DNA of 64,000 bases. Source: Mobula hypostoma. Its lineage: Eukaryota. Position numbers and translations under genes: made by a program. Under the pieces are notes generated by a model. The model saw only the letters and a list, made by a program, of their open reading frames with translations. It was not told where the DNA came from and did not search any database. The stretch is taken from the NCBI RefSeq assembly GCF_963921235.1, contig NC_086097.1, forward strand, positions 50,470,001 through 50,534,000, written 5' to 3'. Shown here piece after piece: positions 38,601 through 51,850 of the stretch (the first letter of the stretch is position 1; every line of letters begins with the position of its first letter).

Positions 38601-39959
38601 CTGTTTCATTAAGCAGTTTCCCCAGGGAAAATCTTCAATCAAGGTCTAAAAAGTGAAATTCATATCTCATGAGTTCATAAAAGTCAATTTGTTCAAGTTC
38701 AACCAGATATGAAATAAATGTTTCCATTCAATATATTTTAAATTTTTTTCCAATCAATGTGTTATTTTTAAATTAAGCAGGAACAATGTCCTATTTTTGG
38801 TAATAGAATGCTGGATTCTCAGGAGTTGATTCTATAAAATAATTCAAATCAGAAGTGTTTATGTTTTACAGAGACTCTTGTTGGATCAGTGATGGGGGAG
38901 TAGTAGTGGATTCTAACCCAGAGCACAGCATCTCTCATCTGTGCAGGCATCTGCACTGGGAAGCTCCAACATACTGTGGAGCAAGTAACTGTTCCATGTA
39001 TTCACAGGGAGAACTCTTCGGAGAGTGGGCCAAATGCTTAAGTAGTTTTATTCAGCATCTCTGATGCAGGGGCTGTTCATTATTTCTAAATGTTAAGGAT
39101 TGGTTCACCGTACCTTGATGAAAACCTCACACTACCAACAGAACAGCACGTGGCTGAAACAGGAAGGAGATCACGAACATGATACCTACCCATGGAATAA
39201 TAATAAAATAGCTGAACTTTGAGATGATGGAGGAATATTTTGGGGAAAGTAACCTCAAACCACACAACTGGCAGGAAATATCTCTCTTTAAACAATGTTA
39301 GTTATGAACTGTTGATGCTCCTCTACAAGAAGTTTTCCTCCCAGCAAGGACAGGCCCTGACAAGCTTAATAGGGTCATACAGCACTCTAATTGACTTAAA
39401 TAAGTAGTTTATTGACTATAAAATGACTCTGTGACATCCTGATGTCATGAAAAGGAAATAAAGGATTGACTGATTGATCAGAGGGCCAAAGTCAATCTGA
39501 CTCAACCACTTGCAAGGATGGTGTGCTTCAACTAAGGACAAAGCATTCCTTTGTAAGAGCTCTGCCACAAATTTGATCCTGAGCACTGTATTTACAGTAT
39601 TTGGGAAATTAATGAGCTTAGACATCCTGATATTGGAACTCTACACAACAGTGGTAGTCAATTACTGGAAAGCATTAATCAGAGATGGAAAATCACAAAT
39701 CTGTGGACCGGCTCTCTGCCACCACAGCAATCAATGTGTCAAACCTGGCTTAAAAGGAAAAATGAACGGTAGGTTAGGGATACGCATCACTGACTCCATT
39801 ATGATGAACTCAGGATTTTTGTGGTGCTGAAGCCAATATGCACCCAAAGTGAAGGCTGGAAGAGTCTGTATATTTTCTCTTTGGGAATTAGATGCTATGT
39901 GGGTATCCCATGGATCATAAGACAGCACAATAAGTTGTTGATGCCTGACCAGTTGCTCT

Positions 39960-42145
39960 GCTAATATTTTCAGGCACGACTGTGGGGCCATCAGTAATTG
40001 GTGTGCGCTCAGGAAGTTAGGATCAAATGAAGTGCATGAGTAATATAAAGAAGCCAGAAAAGAACTAAAGAAGAGATTAGGAAAGCCAGGAGGGGTCATG
40101 GAAAGTGCTTGGCAAGTAGGATTAGGGTGAATCCTAAAGCAGTCTAAACATGCATCAGAACCAAAAGGGTAACTAGGGAAAGGGTGGGACCACTCAAGGA
40201 TAAAGGTGGAACATTTACATGGATGCAGAGAATGTGAATGAGATACTTAATGAGTACTTTGCTTTAGTATTTACCAAGGAAAAGGATATGGAAGGCCTGG
40301 AGATCAGAGCTGAATGTCTAAATACATCAGGATGTTTAGAGGTCAAGGAGATGAGGTGTTGGGTCTCCTAATGAGTATTAAGGTGGATAAATCCCCAAGA
40401 CCTGATGGATATTGAAGGAGGCAAGAGATGAGATTGCTGGGCCCTTGACCAGTATCTTCATGTCCTCTCTAGCACAGGCAAGGTCCCGAAGGACTGGCGG
40501 GTGGCTAATGTTGTACCTCAAGAAGAGAATAAGAGAAAATCCTGGGAACTATAGACCGGTGAGTCTCACATCAGTTGAAGGGAAATTGCTGGAGAAAGTT
40601 CTTAGGGATAGGGTATATGAGTATTTGGAAACCCATGACCTAATTAGGGTGAGCCAGCTTGTCTTTGTGCGTGGCAGGTTGGGCCTTACTAACTTGACTG
40701 AGTTTTTTGACAAAGTGACAAGAGGGATTGATAAGGGTAGGACAGTGGATGTTATCAACATAGATTTTAGTGAGGCGTTTGACGAAGTTCCTCATGGGAA
40801 GCTAATCCAGAAGATTAAGAGGCATGATGTCTGCAGTGAATTAGCTGTTTGGATTCAGAACTGACTTGCATTTTAAAGACAAAGGGTAGTGGTTGAAGGG
40901 ATCTATTTGAGCTGGAGGTCTGTAATTAGTGTGTTCCACAGGGATCTGTGCTGGGACCTCTGCTGTTTGTGATGTATATAAATGACATGGATGAAAATAT
41001 AGATGGGTGAGTTAGTAAATCTGCGGTTGATACCAAAATTGGTGGAGTTGTGGATAGTGTAGAAGACTGGCAAAGAATACAACACAGTATAGATCAACAC
41101 ACATAAAAGTTGCTGGTGAACGCAGCAGGCCAGGCAGCATCTCTAGGAAGAGGTACAGTCGACGTTTCAGGCCAAGGCCCTTTGTCAAGACCCGAAATAT
41201 CGACTGTACCTCTTCCTAGAGATGCAGCCTGGCCTGCTGCGTTCACCAGCAACTTTTATGTGTGTTGCTTGAAATTCCAGCATCTGCAGATTTCCTCGTG
41301 TTTGTGACAATATAGATCAGTTGCAGGTATGGGCTGAGAAATGGCAGATGGAGTTTAACCCAGATAAATGTGAGGTGTTGCACCTCGGTAGGGCAAATAC
41401 AAGGAGACAGTACACTGCTAAGGGTAAGGTCCTTAACAGTGTTGCTGAGCAGAGAGATCTTGGGGTCCAAGTTCATAGCTCCTTGAAAGTGGTTACACAG
41501 GTCAAAAAGGTAGTTGAGAAGGCTTATGGAATGGTTGCTTTCATTAGCTGAGGCATTGAGTTCAAAAGTCACAAGGTAATATTGCAACTTTCTAAAACCC
41601 TGGTTAGGCCACATCTGGAGTATTGCATACATTTCTGGTTGGAAGGATGTTAAGGCTTTGGAGAGGTTTACCAGGATGCTGCCTGGTTTAGAGGACATGT
41701 GTTATCACGGGAGGGTGGATAAGCTTGGGGTTTCTCTGAAGCACTGGAGGCTGAGGGAAGATCTGATAGAGGTTTACAAGATTATGGGAGGCGTAGATAG
41801 AGTGAACAGAGAATATCTGTTTCCCAGGATTGAAATCTCAAATACCAGGGGGCTAGTATTGAGGGTGAGAGGGGCTAGGCTCAAAGGGGATATGAGGGGT
41901 AAGTTTTTTTACTCAGAGAGTGGTGGATGCCTGGAATGCACTGCCTGGTTTGGTGGTAGAGGCAAATAACTAGAGACTTTTAAGAGACATTTGGATAGGC
42001 ACATGGATGTAAGGAAGATACCGGGATATGGACATGACCTATGTAGGAGGGATTAGTGTTTGGGTGCTTTTGATTTTCTGAGCTGGTTTGGCACAACATT
42101 GTGGGTCGAATGGCCTGTTCCTGTGCTGTACTGTTCTATGTTTAG
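39960..42145 (+). mobile_element. Degraded CR1 (RT to tail)
   Basis: NPGNYRPVSLTSVEGK, IDFSEAFDEVPH, WQMEFNPDKCEVLH and the tail gtgctgtactgttctatgtt. Confidence 0.95.
41095..41306. mobile_element. Fold-back Penelope terminal-repeat insertion inside CR1
   Basis: 68-bp inverted arms (41095-41162 and 41200-41267) with 1 mismatch. TSD acagtatagatca / acaatatagatca (41084-41096 and 41307-41319). Confidence 0.93.
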
Positions 42146-44849
42146 CTGTACCAATTATCAGATAGTGGGGGCTGTACACACTAATAATGTTCAAACACAC
42201 TGGAACTTTGAAACATTATCATTTAAAAATATTAGATCTATCATCAGATACAGACAAAATAAATAACGTGCTATTCAAACAAAACACTTTCCAAGGTGAA
42301 ATTATTTTAAAAGTAGTGGATTCCATCATAGAGCAGAACAGAACACAGCTCTCTAAGGACGGCACACAAATGCACATTTATCAAATACGATTCATAGCCC
42401 AGTTCCAGACTTTTATGTTAAATATGATTCACGGCATGGGATGGATTTCCCCCAGTACCATTCAGCTTTCCCAGAGCTCATTTATCATACAAGCAATTCA
42501 ACGTGACCTTGCTGTCAAAGATGGTCTAACACACCACAAGTTTTTTGTTCATCTATGCAGCAAGGTTGTAATGAGGTCAAAAGCAAAGTCATCCTGGCTG
42601 AACCAATTGAAAATCAACGAGCAGATTATTGGTAAGTTCCACCTGATTTTATAGTTAACAACTCACCCCTTCACTTTACTGACAATTGAGAGTCCAATAA
42701 CTCTGAAATCTGAGGCTTACTTGCCTATACTGATGCAAGTTTGTTACTGTAGGAAATGATTTTCCACACCACAAACATCTGAATCTGGAAATGAGCAATA
42801 ACTTTGCACTTACGATGAATATCGTAAATTCTGTATGTAACCAGTAGTTTGTCATGTAAGGTCTCAATTACAAGAACATGTAAAGATTCACCACATCCTT
42901 TAACAGATACATACGCACTGCTATTAAGTCATGCAGTCTTACTTCCTTTAACTGTTGTATGCACATGGTTTTTTTCAGTCATGTAATCTAAATATGTATA
43001 ATTATATCATCCTCAAGGGGAAGAGAGAAGTTGCAGTACTGGGCGTAAGCTGAATATAAAGGGAATCTAAGAAGGGGATATTAGATTTCTTGAATAATTC
43101 TTGCATGTTTATTTAAAAGGTAATACTGCTTTGACTTTACGAGTTTAACAGCTGTGCTGAGGCAATGACTGCTGTGAAGAGCAGTTGGTTTTTCAGTAAG
43201 TAACATGAATTTTCTTGTTCCACTTAATTTCTTTTGTGTTTCATTCTATCACAAATCTTCCTTTTTGCTTTTCCTCCTCCCCCACAGACACCCCAACTCT
43301 CGCTCCACTTCATAAAGCTCGTTTTACCGCTGTGTTCCAGTTCTAAGTAAAAATTTTTGATTTGAAACATTAACTCATTTTTCATACACAGAGGCTACCA
43401 GGCCTGCTAGGTTTCCAGCATTTTTAAAAGGAAACACATTCCTTGTGTTTTCTCTCTAATATGAATTTTTGTTTCATCTGATTTATCTGTAATGTCTGCA
43501 AACTGGCACTGTCCACAAAGGCCAAATATCCTTTCTGAATATTTGTTCAAAGCACCAGTAATTAAATAAAAGCACCTAAAATTTTATGTCTCAATTAACA
43601 CCTCTAGCTATGTAGCTTATTGACCACTGCAATAAATGTGAGTTCACTGTGATTCTTGAAATTTTTTTAAAAATAAGGTCCACACTATTTTAAACAATCT
43701 TTCACACAACCACCAATGAATGACTGAATCTAACAAATTTACGTTTGCTATGAAGTTTCATCACTCTTTAAACAAGGCATTTTGCAATTAAAGGTTAAAA
43801 AGTGAATAAAAGGAGCAAGATGCAGAAAGCCTGGGTTTACTTACATGCCATTTAAATTGCTGCAGTTGATTGTACAAAGGAATAAAAATGTTCCTTATCG
43901 TTCTGAAAGCAATCCAGAAATAACATAAGTCCAGGAGACAGAAATCATCATAACCTTGGTCAAAGTTATGTTGACCCAATGATTACATCAATTCTTTTGC
44001 AGATTTTACATCATTCTATTTTAGTTCTAATCCTACCTGAAATCACTTTAGCTCTGGCTGAATGGCAGTCAACATCTCTCAGACACATTCATGTTGCTGT
44101 CCTATAATGTGATTAGCATGCTGTTGCAATGCTAACTTGACAGGAATTAAACTTGCAGGATTGGCTTCAACAGTGACTAGTCAACTGGAAATCTGACTGG
44201 AAAAGGCTTCTGGATCATACTATTCAGCACTTTGTTGTACCTAGATAATTTCCAGGACACTGAATGGAAAAGTGTGTTTCTCTTGGGCTTTAGTTGTCTC
44301 ACAAGTTTTCAAACACTTCTGAAAGTGGTCTTTATTGTCATCGAAAAAGCATTGCAACTAGATTTCATATAGCCCAGGTTTAGTTTTTTTTATAAGTGCA
44401 ACATGAAGAAGGTCAGATCATCTTTTTCTTCTGTTGAAAAATAAATCTGGACCATACTAATGAAACCCAAACTGATGTCTCATCCAAAAACCATCTCTGA
44501 GAACGTGGCATTGAAACGTCAACCTAGATTCAGTTTCTGAAGTTGCATATTAACTCATGTTCTGAGTCAGAAGCACGTGGCTTCAAATCTGCCCCAGCAC
44601 ACAGCTGCCCCATAAATGCAACCATGCATGGTGAAACTCTGCGATTCAGACAGAGAGCACAACCAAACACAGAAACATTCAATTGTGTGAGCAGAAGCAA
44701 CAGAGTTATCTTTCCTAAGTCAGTGTGTCCACAAGAACACAGGCTGGATTGCTTAGTGCTGGTCCAAGACTAATCAATTTTGATATTTTAAGATAGCAAG
44801 GAGCAGCCTCAGCCTCTGGATCTGGTATAATTATATCATTTGACGGCAG

Positions 44850-45530
44850 TTACAGTCACAGAGTAGTACAGCATAGAAAATGGGATCTGCAGCCCCACTC
44901 ATCCATGCCAACTGTGGTGTTTATCCTGTCTGACAACATTAGGCACTTTTCTCTCTCTGCTCCTTATCAAACCACCTGCTCAAATGCCTTTTATTAAATG
45001 CTGTGAATTGTATCATCCTCTGAAAGCTTGTCCCATCATACCGACCATCATTTGTGCCCTTAGATCTCTTTTTATTTTCTCCATTTTACCTTAAACCTGT
45101 GTCATTTAGCTTTAGACTTCCCCCACCCTAGGAACGAGTCTCAGTTTTCCTCTCTCCCCCTCATTATTTTATCAGTCTCTAAGGTCTTCCCTCAGACTCC
45201 TATATTCGAGTGAGAATAAATCTAGCCTATCCAATCTCTGCTGACAAGTACAATCCTCCATTGCGGGGGACATCCTGATCAATCCATTCTGCACTCGTCA
45301 TATGTATCCTACGGAGTAGAAGCTGGAACTGTACACAATACTCCAGGTGTGTCCTGGCCAATGATTTGTAACATGTCAGTGCAACTCCTGCACACAAAGC
45401 TGATGAAAGCAAACATGCCAAATGCCTCCTTCACTGTCCTATCCAGCACTCTCAGGGAACTATGAATTTGCATCCCAGGGTTCCTCTGCACTGTACATCA
45501 ATACGCCTGAGGTGCCTGCCATTTACTGTT
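44850..45530 (-). mobile_element. Old CR1 3' fragment
   Basis: Minus-strand peptide YKSLARTHLEYCVQF. Confidence 0.75.
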
Positions 45531-45539
45531 AGTATCTGA

Positions 45540-48500
45540 CCAGGTCATATCTGCAAGTGGATCACAAACTTCCTGTCTGAGAGGAAGCAGTACGTGAGAC
45601 TAGGCAAGCATATCTCCACATCCTGCTCTGCCAGCACTGGTGCACCACAGGGGTGTCCTTCCTTCTCCTCTCCTCTCCTATTTTCTCCATACACCAATGA
45701 CTGAACCTCCAGTAATCTATTAGATAAACTGATGAAGTTTATGGACGGCACCATTTTTATCAGACTAATCACCAGAGGTGATGAATCAAAGTAGCACCAG
45801 GAAGTAAACAAGCTAAAGTCCTGGTGCAATCACAACAACTTGGAGCTGAACTCACTCGAAGTCATCGAGATGCATATCAACTTTGTGAAAAATGAGTCTC
45901 CTCTCCACCCACTCATCATTAACAACACTACAGTTAGCATTGCTTCAACATTCAGATACCCGGACATCATTATTTCACAGGACCTCTTGTTGGATAATCA
46001 CACACCTCTCCATTAACAAAAAGGTTTGTGAGAGGATGTGTTTCTTGTCACATCGAACATAGACATCTACAGCACATTACAGGCCCTTCGGTTCACAATG
46101 TTGTGCTGACTATGTAACCTACTCAAGAAACGGCCTAAAATTCCCTACTGCATAGCCCTCTATTTTTCTAAGCTCCATGTACCTATCTGAGTCTCTTAAA
46201 AGACCCCATTTTATCTGCCTCTACCACCTTCGCTGGCGATGCATTCCACGCACCCACCACTCTCTGTGTGAAAAACTTACCTCTGACATCCCCCTTGTAC
46301 CCACTTCCAGGCACCTTAAAAGTATGTCCCCTTGTGCTAGCCATTTCAGCCCTAGGAAAAGGCCTCTGACTATCCACATGATCAATGCCTCTCATCATCT
46401 TATACACCTCTATCAGGTCACCTCTCATCCTCCGTTGCTCCAAGGAAAAAAGGCCAATTTCACTCATCCTATTCTCATAAGGGACGCTCTCCAAACCAGG
46501 CAACATCCTTGTAAATCTCCTCTGCACTCTCTCTATAGTATCCACAGTACTCCAAGTGGGGTCTAACTAAGTTCTTATATAGCTGTAACATTACCTCATG
46601 GCTCTTGAACTCAATCCCATGGTTGATGAAGGCCATCACACCATATCCCTTCTTAACAAAACTGCCAACCTGCGTAACAGCTTACAGTATCCTGTGGACA
46701 TGGACCCCGAGATCTTAATGATTCACCACACTGCCAAGAGTCTTACCATTAATACTATATTCTGTCTTCAAATTTGACCTACTGAAATTAATCACTTCAG
46801 ACTTATCTGGATTGAATGTCACCTGCCACTTCACAGCCCAGTTCTGCGTCCTATCAATGTTCCGGTGTAACCTCTGACAATCCTCCAGACTATCCACAAC
46901 ACTCACAACTTTTGTGTCATCAGCAAACTTACTAACCCACCCTTCTACTTCCTCCCCCAGGTCATTTATAAAAATCACAAACTGAAGAGGTCCCAGAACA
47001 GATGCCACTAGTCACCGACCTCCATGCAGAATATGACCCATCTACAACCACCCTTTGCCTTCTGCGGGCAAGCCAATTCTGGATCCACAAATCAAGGTCT
47101 CCTTGGATCCCATGCCTCCTTACTTTCTGAATGAGTCTTGCAGCCAGGGGAGGCAATACACTACCCTGGAATCGCTTTTGCTGCCACCCTAACTATCGAG
47201 TCCCCTCTGACTATTTCTCCGTTTGACTTCACCCTACCCTTCTGAGGCTCAGAGCCGACCTCAGTGCTATTGGTCTGGCTGCTGTTGCTGCCTTGCCCAG
47301 ATAGGTGACCCCCCTCAGCAGTAAACTGTTGCTGAGGGAGATGGCCTGCCTTCCTTCTCCCTTTATCTTGTTCGGTGTTCACCCATCTACTCCCCGAATG
47401 CTGCACCTGCTCAAAAGTCAAATCTATCAATTGTTCTGCCTCCCAGATGATCCTAAGTCCATCCAACTCCAGCTCCTTAATGCAGTCTTTCAGGAGCTGG
47501 AGTTGGCTGCTCTTCCCACAGGTGTAGTCATCAGAGAGACCATCAGGTTCCATGAAATCCCACATCCCACAGGAAGAGCATTATCTGCCATCCTGTCTGC
47601 ATGGTACAGTGGGCAACCAAGACCAACTCAGGAAAAACAAAAGAAAAAACTTACCCTCCTTACCTGTTTCTTTGGCCTCAGCCTCTTCTCATCAAAGCCT
47701 CTTGAGTCAAGCTCCTACTCTCACCACTGGCCTACTTCCACCAATGACCGCCCCACTTGTCCCTTCTGTTCTTCTATTTAATTCGCAGTACTCTGCTCCC
47801 TTCACTGATTGGGCCTCTGGAATGTCTGAGTGCTCGCAAAGCTCTCCTTTTATACAAGATTTGCTGACCTGCGAGTAACAGCGTCAAAGAGCAGTACTCC
47901 CTCCGCTGATTGGGCCTCCAAAGTGGTTTCCTGCAGTGGTTGGTAAAATTTCACCTTCGCCGGAATATATTCATCCAATTCTACACTGCCATCACAGAGA
48001 GCATCCTTATGTCATCCTCACAGCATCCTCTCACAATATGCAATAACTTCAGCGAACTGTCAGGACATTGGCTGCAGTCTACCATCATTGCAGGACTTGT
48101 ATGTGTCCAGGTCAAAGAAGCAGGTAGGAAAAGTAATTGTGGACATTACCCACCCAACTACCTGCCTTTCCCAAAAGCTCTCTTCTGGAAAGTGCTATAG
48201 GGCTATTAAAATAAAAACTTCATCATCTTAAAAGTTTCTTTCCCCAAGCAGTTAATCTGAACATCTACTCTAGTTAACCTTCCCCCCATCTATTACCTCA
48301 GTCATTGCATCGCATTGTAAACACTTTTTATAATGTTTTATTTTGTGGTATTTACATGCTGGTATTTATGTATTTATGCACCTTTTATTCCATATCTGTA
48401 CTTCTAAATTTATTTTATAGAATCTTTGTTTACTTGCTGAATTTGGATGTTTTTTGTTGCATGTCACCCCAACACATCACAACAATGTCCTAACATGTGT

Positions 48501-48545
48501 AAATGTACAGTACATGGCAGATAAGGTTGATCCTTGATCCTGACA
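45540..48545 (+). mobile_element. Rex1/Babar-like non-LTR element (pieces 45540-46050 and about 47925-48545) split by a CR1
   Basis: ggtgcaccacaggggtgt (GAPQGC), tacaccaatgac (YTND), FYTAITESIL and the tandem tail tgatccttgatcctga. Confidence 0.8.
46055..47920 (-). mobile_element. Internally deleted CR1: 5'UTR and ORF1 N-half joined to RT C-terminus and tail
   Basis: ORF1-like MWDF...YTCGK..QLQLL..IKELE and IVRGDSIVR (esterase-like), followed directly by RLIQKVRRHGIQG, VSKFADDTK and FFTQRVVGAWN. Confidence 0.88.
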
Positions 48546-48641
48546 TCCAAAAATGTGTAACCTCACACTTGTGAGTTAAAATTTTAAAGGTCCTGTCTAT
48601 ATTCATATGTGAAATAACTTGCATGGAATGTCCAACATACA

Positions 48642-48764
48642 AGATAGATAGATAGATATACTTTATTGATCCTGAGGGAAATTGGGTTTTGTTATAGCCG
48701 CACCAACCAAGTATAGAGCATAAATATAGCAATACAAAAACCACAAACAATCAAACAACAAATA
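48642..48764 (-). mobile_element. Short 3' tail of a non-LTR element with an (ATCT)n end
   Basis: agatagatagatagatatactttattgatcc reads as AATAAA plus a tetranucleotide tail on the minus strand. Confidence 0.65.
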
Positions 48765-49873
48765 TTGGTGTGGGTGGAGAATTGGTTAGCAGACAGGAAG
48801 CAAAGAGTGGGAATAAACGGGACCTTTTCAGAATGGCAGGCGGTGACTAGTGGGGTACCGCAAGGCTCAGTGCTGGGACCCCAGTTGTTTACAATATATA
48901 TTAATGACTTGGATGAGGGAATTAAATGCAGCATCTCCAAGTTTGCGGATGACACGAAGCTGGGTGGCAGTGTTAGCAGTGAGGAGGATGCTAAGAGGAT
49001 GCAGGGTGACTTGGATAGGTTGGGTGAGTGGGCAAATTCATGGCAGATGCAATTTAATGTGGATAAATGTGAAGTTATCCACTTTGGTGGCAAAAATAGG
49101 AAAACAGATTATTATCTGAATGGTGGCCGATTAGGAAAAGGGGAGGTGCAACGAGACCTGGGTGTCATTATACACCAGTCATTGAAAGTGGGCATGCAGA
49201 TACAGCAGGCGGTGAAAAAGGCGAATGGTATGCTGGCATTTATAGCGAGAGGATTCGAGTACAGGAGCAGGGAGGTACTACTGCAGTTGTACAAGGCCTT
49301 GGTGAGACCACACCTGGAGTATTGTGTGCAGTTTTGGTCCCCTAATCTGAGGAAAGACATCTTTGCCATAGAGGGAGTACAAAGAAGGTTCACCAGATTG
49401 ATTCCTGGGATGGCAGGACTTTCATATGAAGAAAGACTGGATGAATTGGGCTTGTACTCGTTGGAATTTAGAAGATTGAGGGGGGATCTGATTGAAACGT
49501 ATAAGATCCTAAAGGGATTGGACAGGCTAGATGCGGGAAGATTGTTCCCGATGTTGGGGAACTCCAGAAGGAGGGGTCACAGTTTGAGGATAGAGGGGAA
49601 GCCTTTTAGGACCGAGATTAGGAAAAACTTCTTCACACAGAGAGTGGTGAATCTGTGGAATTCTCTGCCACAGGAAACTGTTGAGGCCAGTTCATTGGCT
49701 ATATTTAAGAGGGAGTTAGATATGGCCCTTGTGGCTACGGGGGTCAGGGGGTATGGAGGGAAGGCTGGGGCGGGGTTCTGAGTTGGATGATCAGCCATGA
49801 TCATAATAAATGGCGGTGCAGGCTTGAAGGGCCGAATGGCCTACTCCTGCACCTATTTTCTATGTTTCTATGT
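48765..49873 (+). mobile_element. Young 5'-truncated CR1 with an intact 338-codon RT C-terminal frame
   Basis: SGVPQGSVLGP, YINDL, SKFADDTKL and RPHLEYCVQFW with no stops. Tail tttctatgtttctatgt. Confidence 0.97.
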
Positions 49874-50079
49874 AAAATGCAAACTATGCCAGATGGAAAA
49901 TAAGTCCAGGACCAGTCTATTTCAATCAGATCTTTCCAAAAGACAGGTAAATACTTTGCTAACAAATCCATATACCAAGACAAAAATTACCTGACAAATT
50001 TATTGCAAACTTGCACCAAATCAGGACTTAAAGTCTTTTACAAAAATACATTAATTATCCCAGGTTCTGCCTCTGTACC

Positions 50080-50560
50080 AGCAGTGCACATCAAAAGATA
50101 GATTGGAGGCTGTGAAGAGAGAATGTATATGTATACCTGAAATGAAGATCTATTCATCAAGAAAGGATTACTAGACTGGATCTCATTTTTTCCTCAAGTA
50201 GTCAGATAGTTAATCTACTGGATCTAAAATTATTAAAGGTTTTGGCAGAGTGATGGTGAATATTTCCATTCGTGGGAACATCATAACTAATATCATCAAA
50301 GAAAAAAACAACCAGGGCATCTAACATGAATGCAGAAGAAACTCTTTTCAAAGATCAATGAAAATATGGAACTCACCGTAATGCTTAAGTGAATAATAAA
50401 GATACATTAGTAGAGGAGGACGTGCAAGAGAGAATAATGAATAGAGGGTCATGCTGATAGATTAGGATAAGAAAGGCTGGGGGACACTGAAGTGAGGTAT
50501 AAACCCTGAAACAAACTGTAAGGGCCAAATAGCCCATTTCAATACTACAATCCTATAGGT
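50080..50560 (+). mobile_element. Very old CR1 3' fragment
   Basis: Faint similarity to CR1 3' blocks, and the tail agggccaaatagcccattt. Confidence 0.5.
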
Positions 50561-50949
50561 GCACAAGAGATGAAAATGCATCTTTTTTAGCACAAAAGCC
50601 CTTTGCAATTATGCACTAATTTTGAGAGATCAATGATTTCTCAATAAGATGCCCATTTAGAGATAGACTAATCAGAAATCAGTATCACATAGCACAAGGC
50701 AGACTGTTATAAAATTGACTGTGGAAAACTAACAAAAATGGCTGTTTAAAAAATAATGACAACAATTAGTTTCACTTCTACTGGCACTGACCCTTTTCAC
50801 AGAACTAACTAGCTATATTCTAGTACAGGGGTGTAAAGGTCTAATTTGAATTTGTAAAAGATAATTTATATTCAACAAGCCCAAATCATGTTTTGTGTCA
50901 GTAACTGAAATAGTAGATACTGGAATGTTTATGACAATTAAATTAATGC

Positions 50950-51850
50950 CTGCGAGCCTCAGGCAACATCTCTGGAAAGAGAAATGGAATTAACATTTCA
51001 AGTTGAATACTTCTCATAAGAACCGAGAAAATGAGAAAAGTTATTTTCAGCAGCAGGAGGACGGGTGATGGACAGAAATAAACAGATCTCCCTGACAGGG
51101 TGAGTCCGGAGTAGGTCTGTGGGAAAACTGTAGAAGTATTCAGGTTACGAGGTTAATAAGGGGAGTTGTAAAGAAGAAAGAATACAAAGAAAGGAACGTA
51201 AAAGATGTGAAATGCACAACCCAGGCAATAATAATGACAGCAAAGAAACTGAGCCAAGATGACAGACTGGTCAATACTGATATCGATAAAGTGATAAATC
51301 TTAATTTGTAGAATTGTCTAGAGGACTGCAGGTTGCTGATCTGGATGATGTGGTGCTGTTCTTCCAGCTTACATTGGGCTTCATTATAATAGTACAGAAG
51401 TCTACAAACACATAGGTCAGAGTGGATGAAGAATTAAACTAGCAGGTGACAGGATACTTTAATTTATTTATCGAGGCCTGCCACCAACAACCCATCGATT
51501 TAACCCTAGCCTTGTCACCGAACAATTTACAATGACCAATTAAGCTACTAACCGATACATCTTTGGACTGTGGGAGGAAACTAGAGCACCCAGCAGAAAT
51601 CCATGTGTTCAGGGGAAGGGGGTACAGACTCCATAAAGGTGACGTTGGATTTGAACCCCAAATTCCAATGTCACATTAACCAGTACGTAGGGTCACTCTT
51701 CAAAGAGGTCACCCAATTTGTATTTGGTTTCTTCAATGTTATATAGACCATATTGTGACCATTGACTACAGTACATTAGATTGGAAGATGTGCAGGTTAG
51801 TCGCTGCTTCAGGTGGAAGTATATTTTGGGTCACTGGATGGGATCTCTGA
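50950..51850 (-). mobile_element. Old Penelope-like 3' fragment with a nested V-SINE (about 51460-51690)
   Basis: Degenerate terminal repeat near 50955-51025 and GIY-YIG-like blocks. The V-domain tttggactgtgggaggaaactagagcaccc marks the SINE. Confidence 0.55.

Noticed and set aside
42187..42654. 155-aa + strand ORF in unique DNA
   Set aside because: No recognisable motif and no convincing splice context. It is probably a chance ORF, and a BLAST search would settle it.
42721..42746. Minus-strand 26-nt micro-exon with good splice sites (similar lone donors near 20930, 34725 and 53066)
   Set aside because: No coherent reading frame links them, and such sites are expected by chance in 64 kb.
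48765..49781. 338-aa ORF as a host reverse transcriptase gene
   Set aside because: It is a 5'-truncated CR1 with no real start and the family tail.
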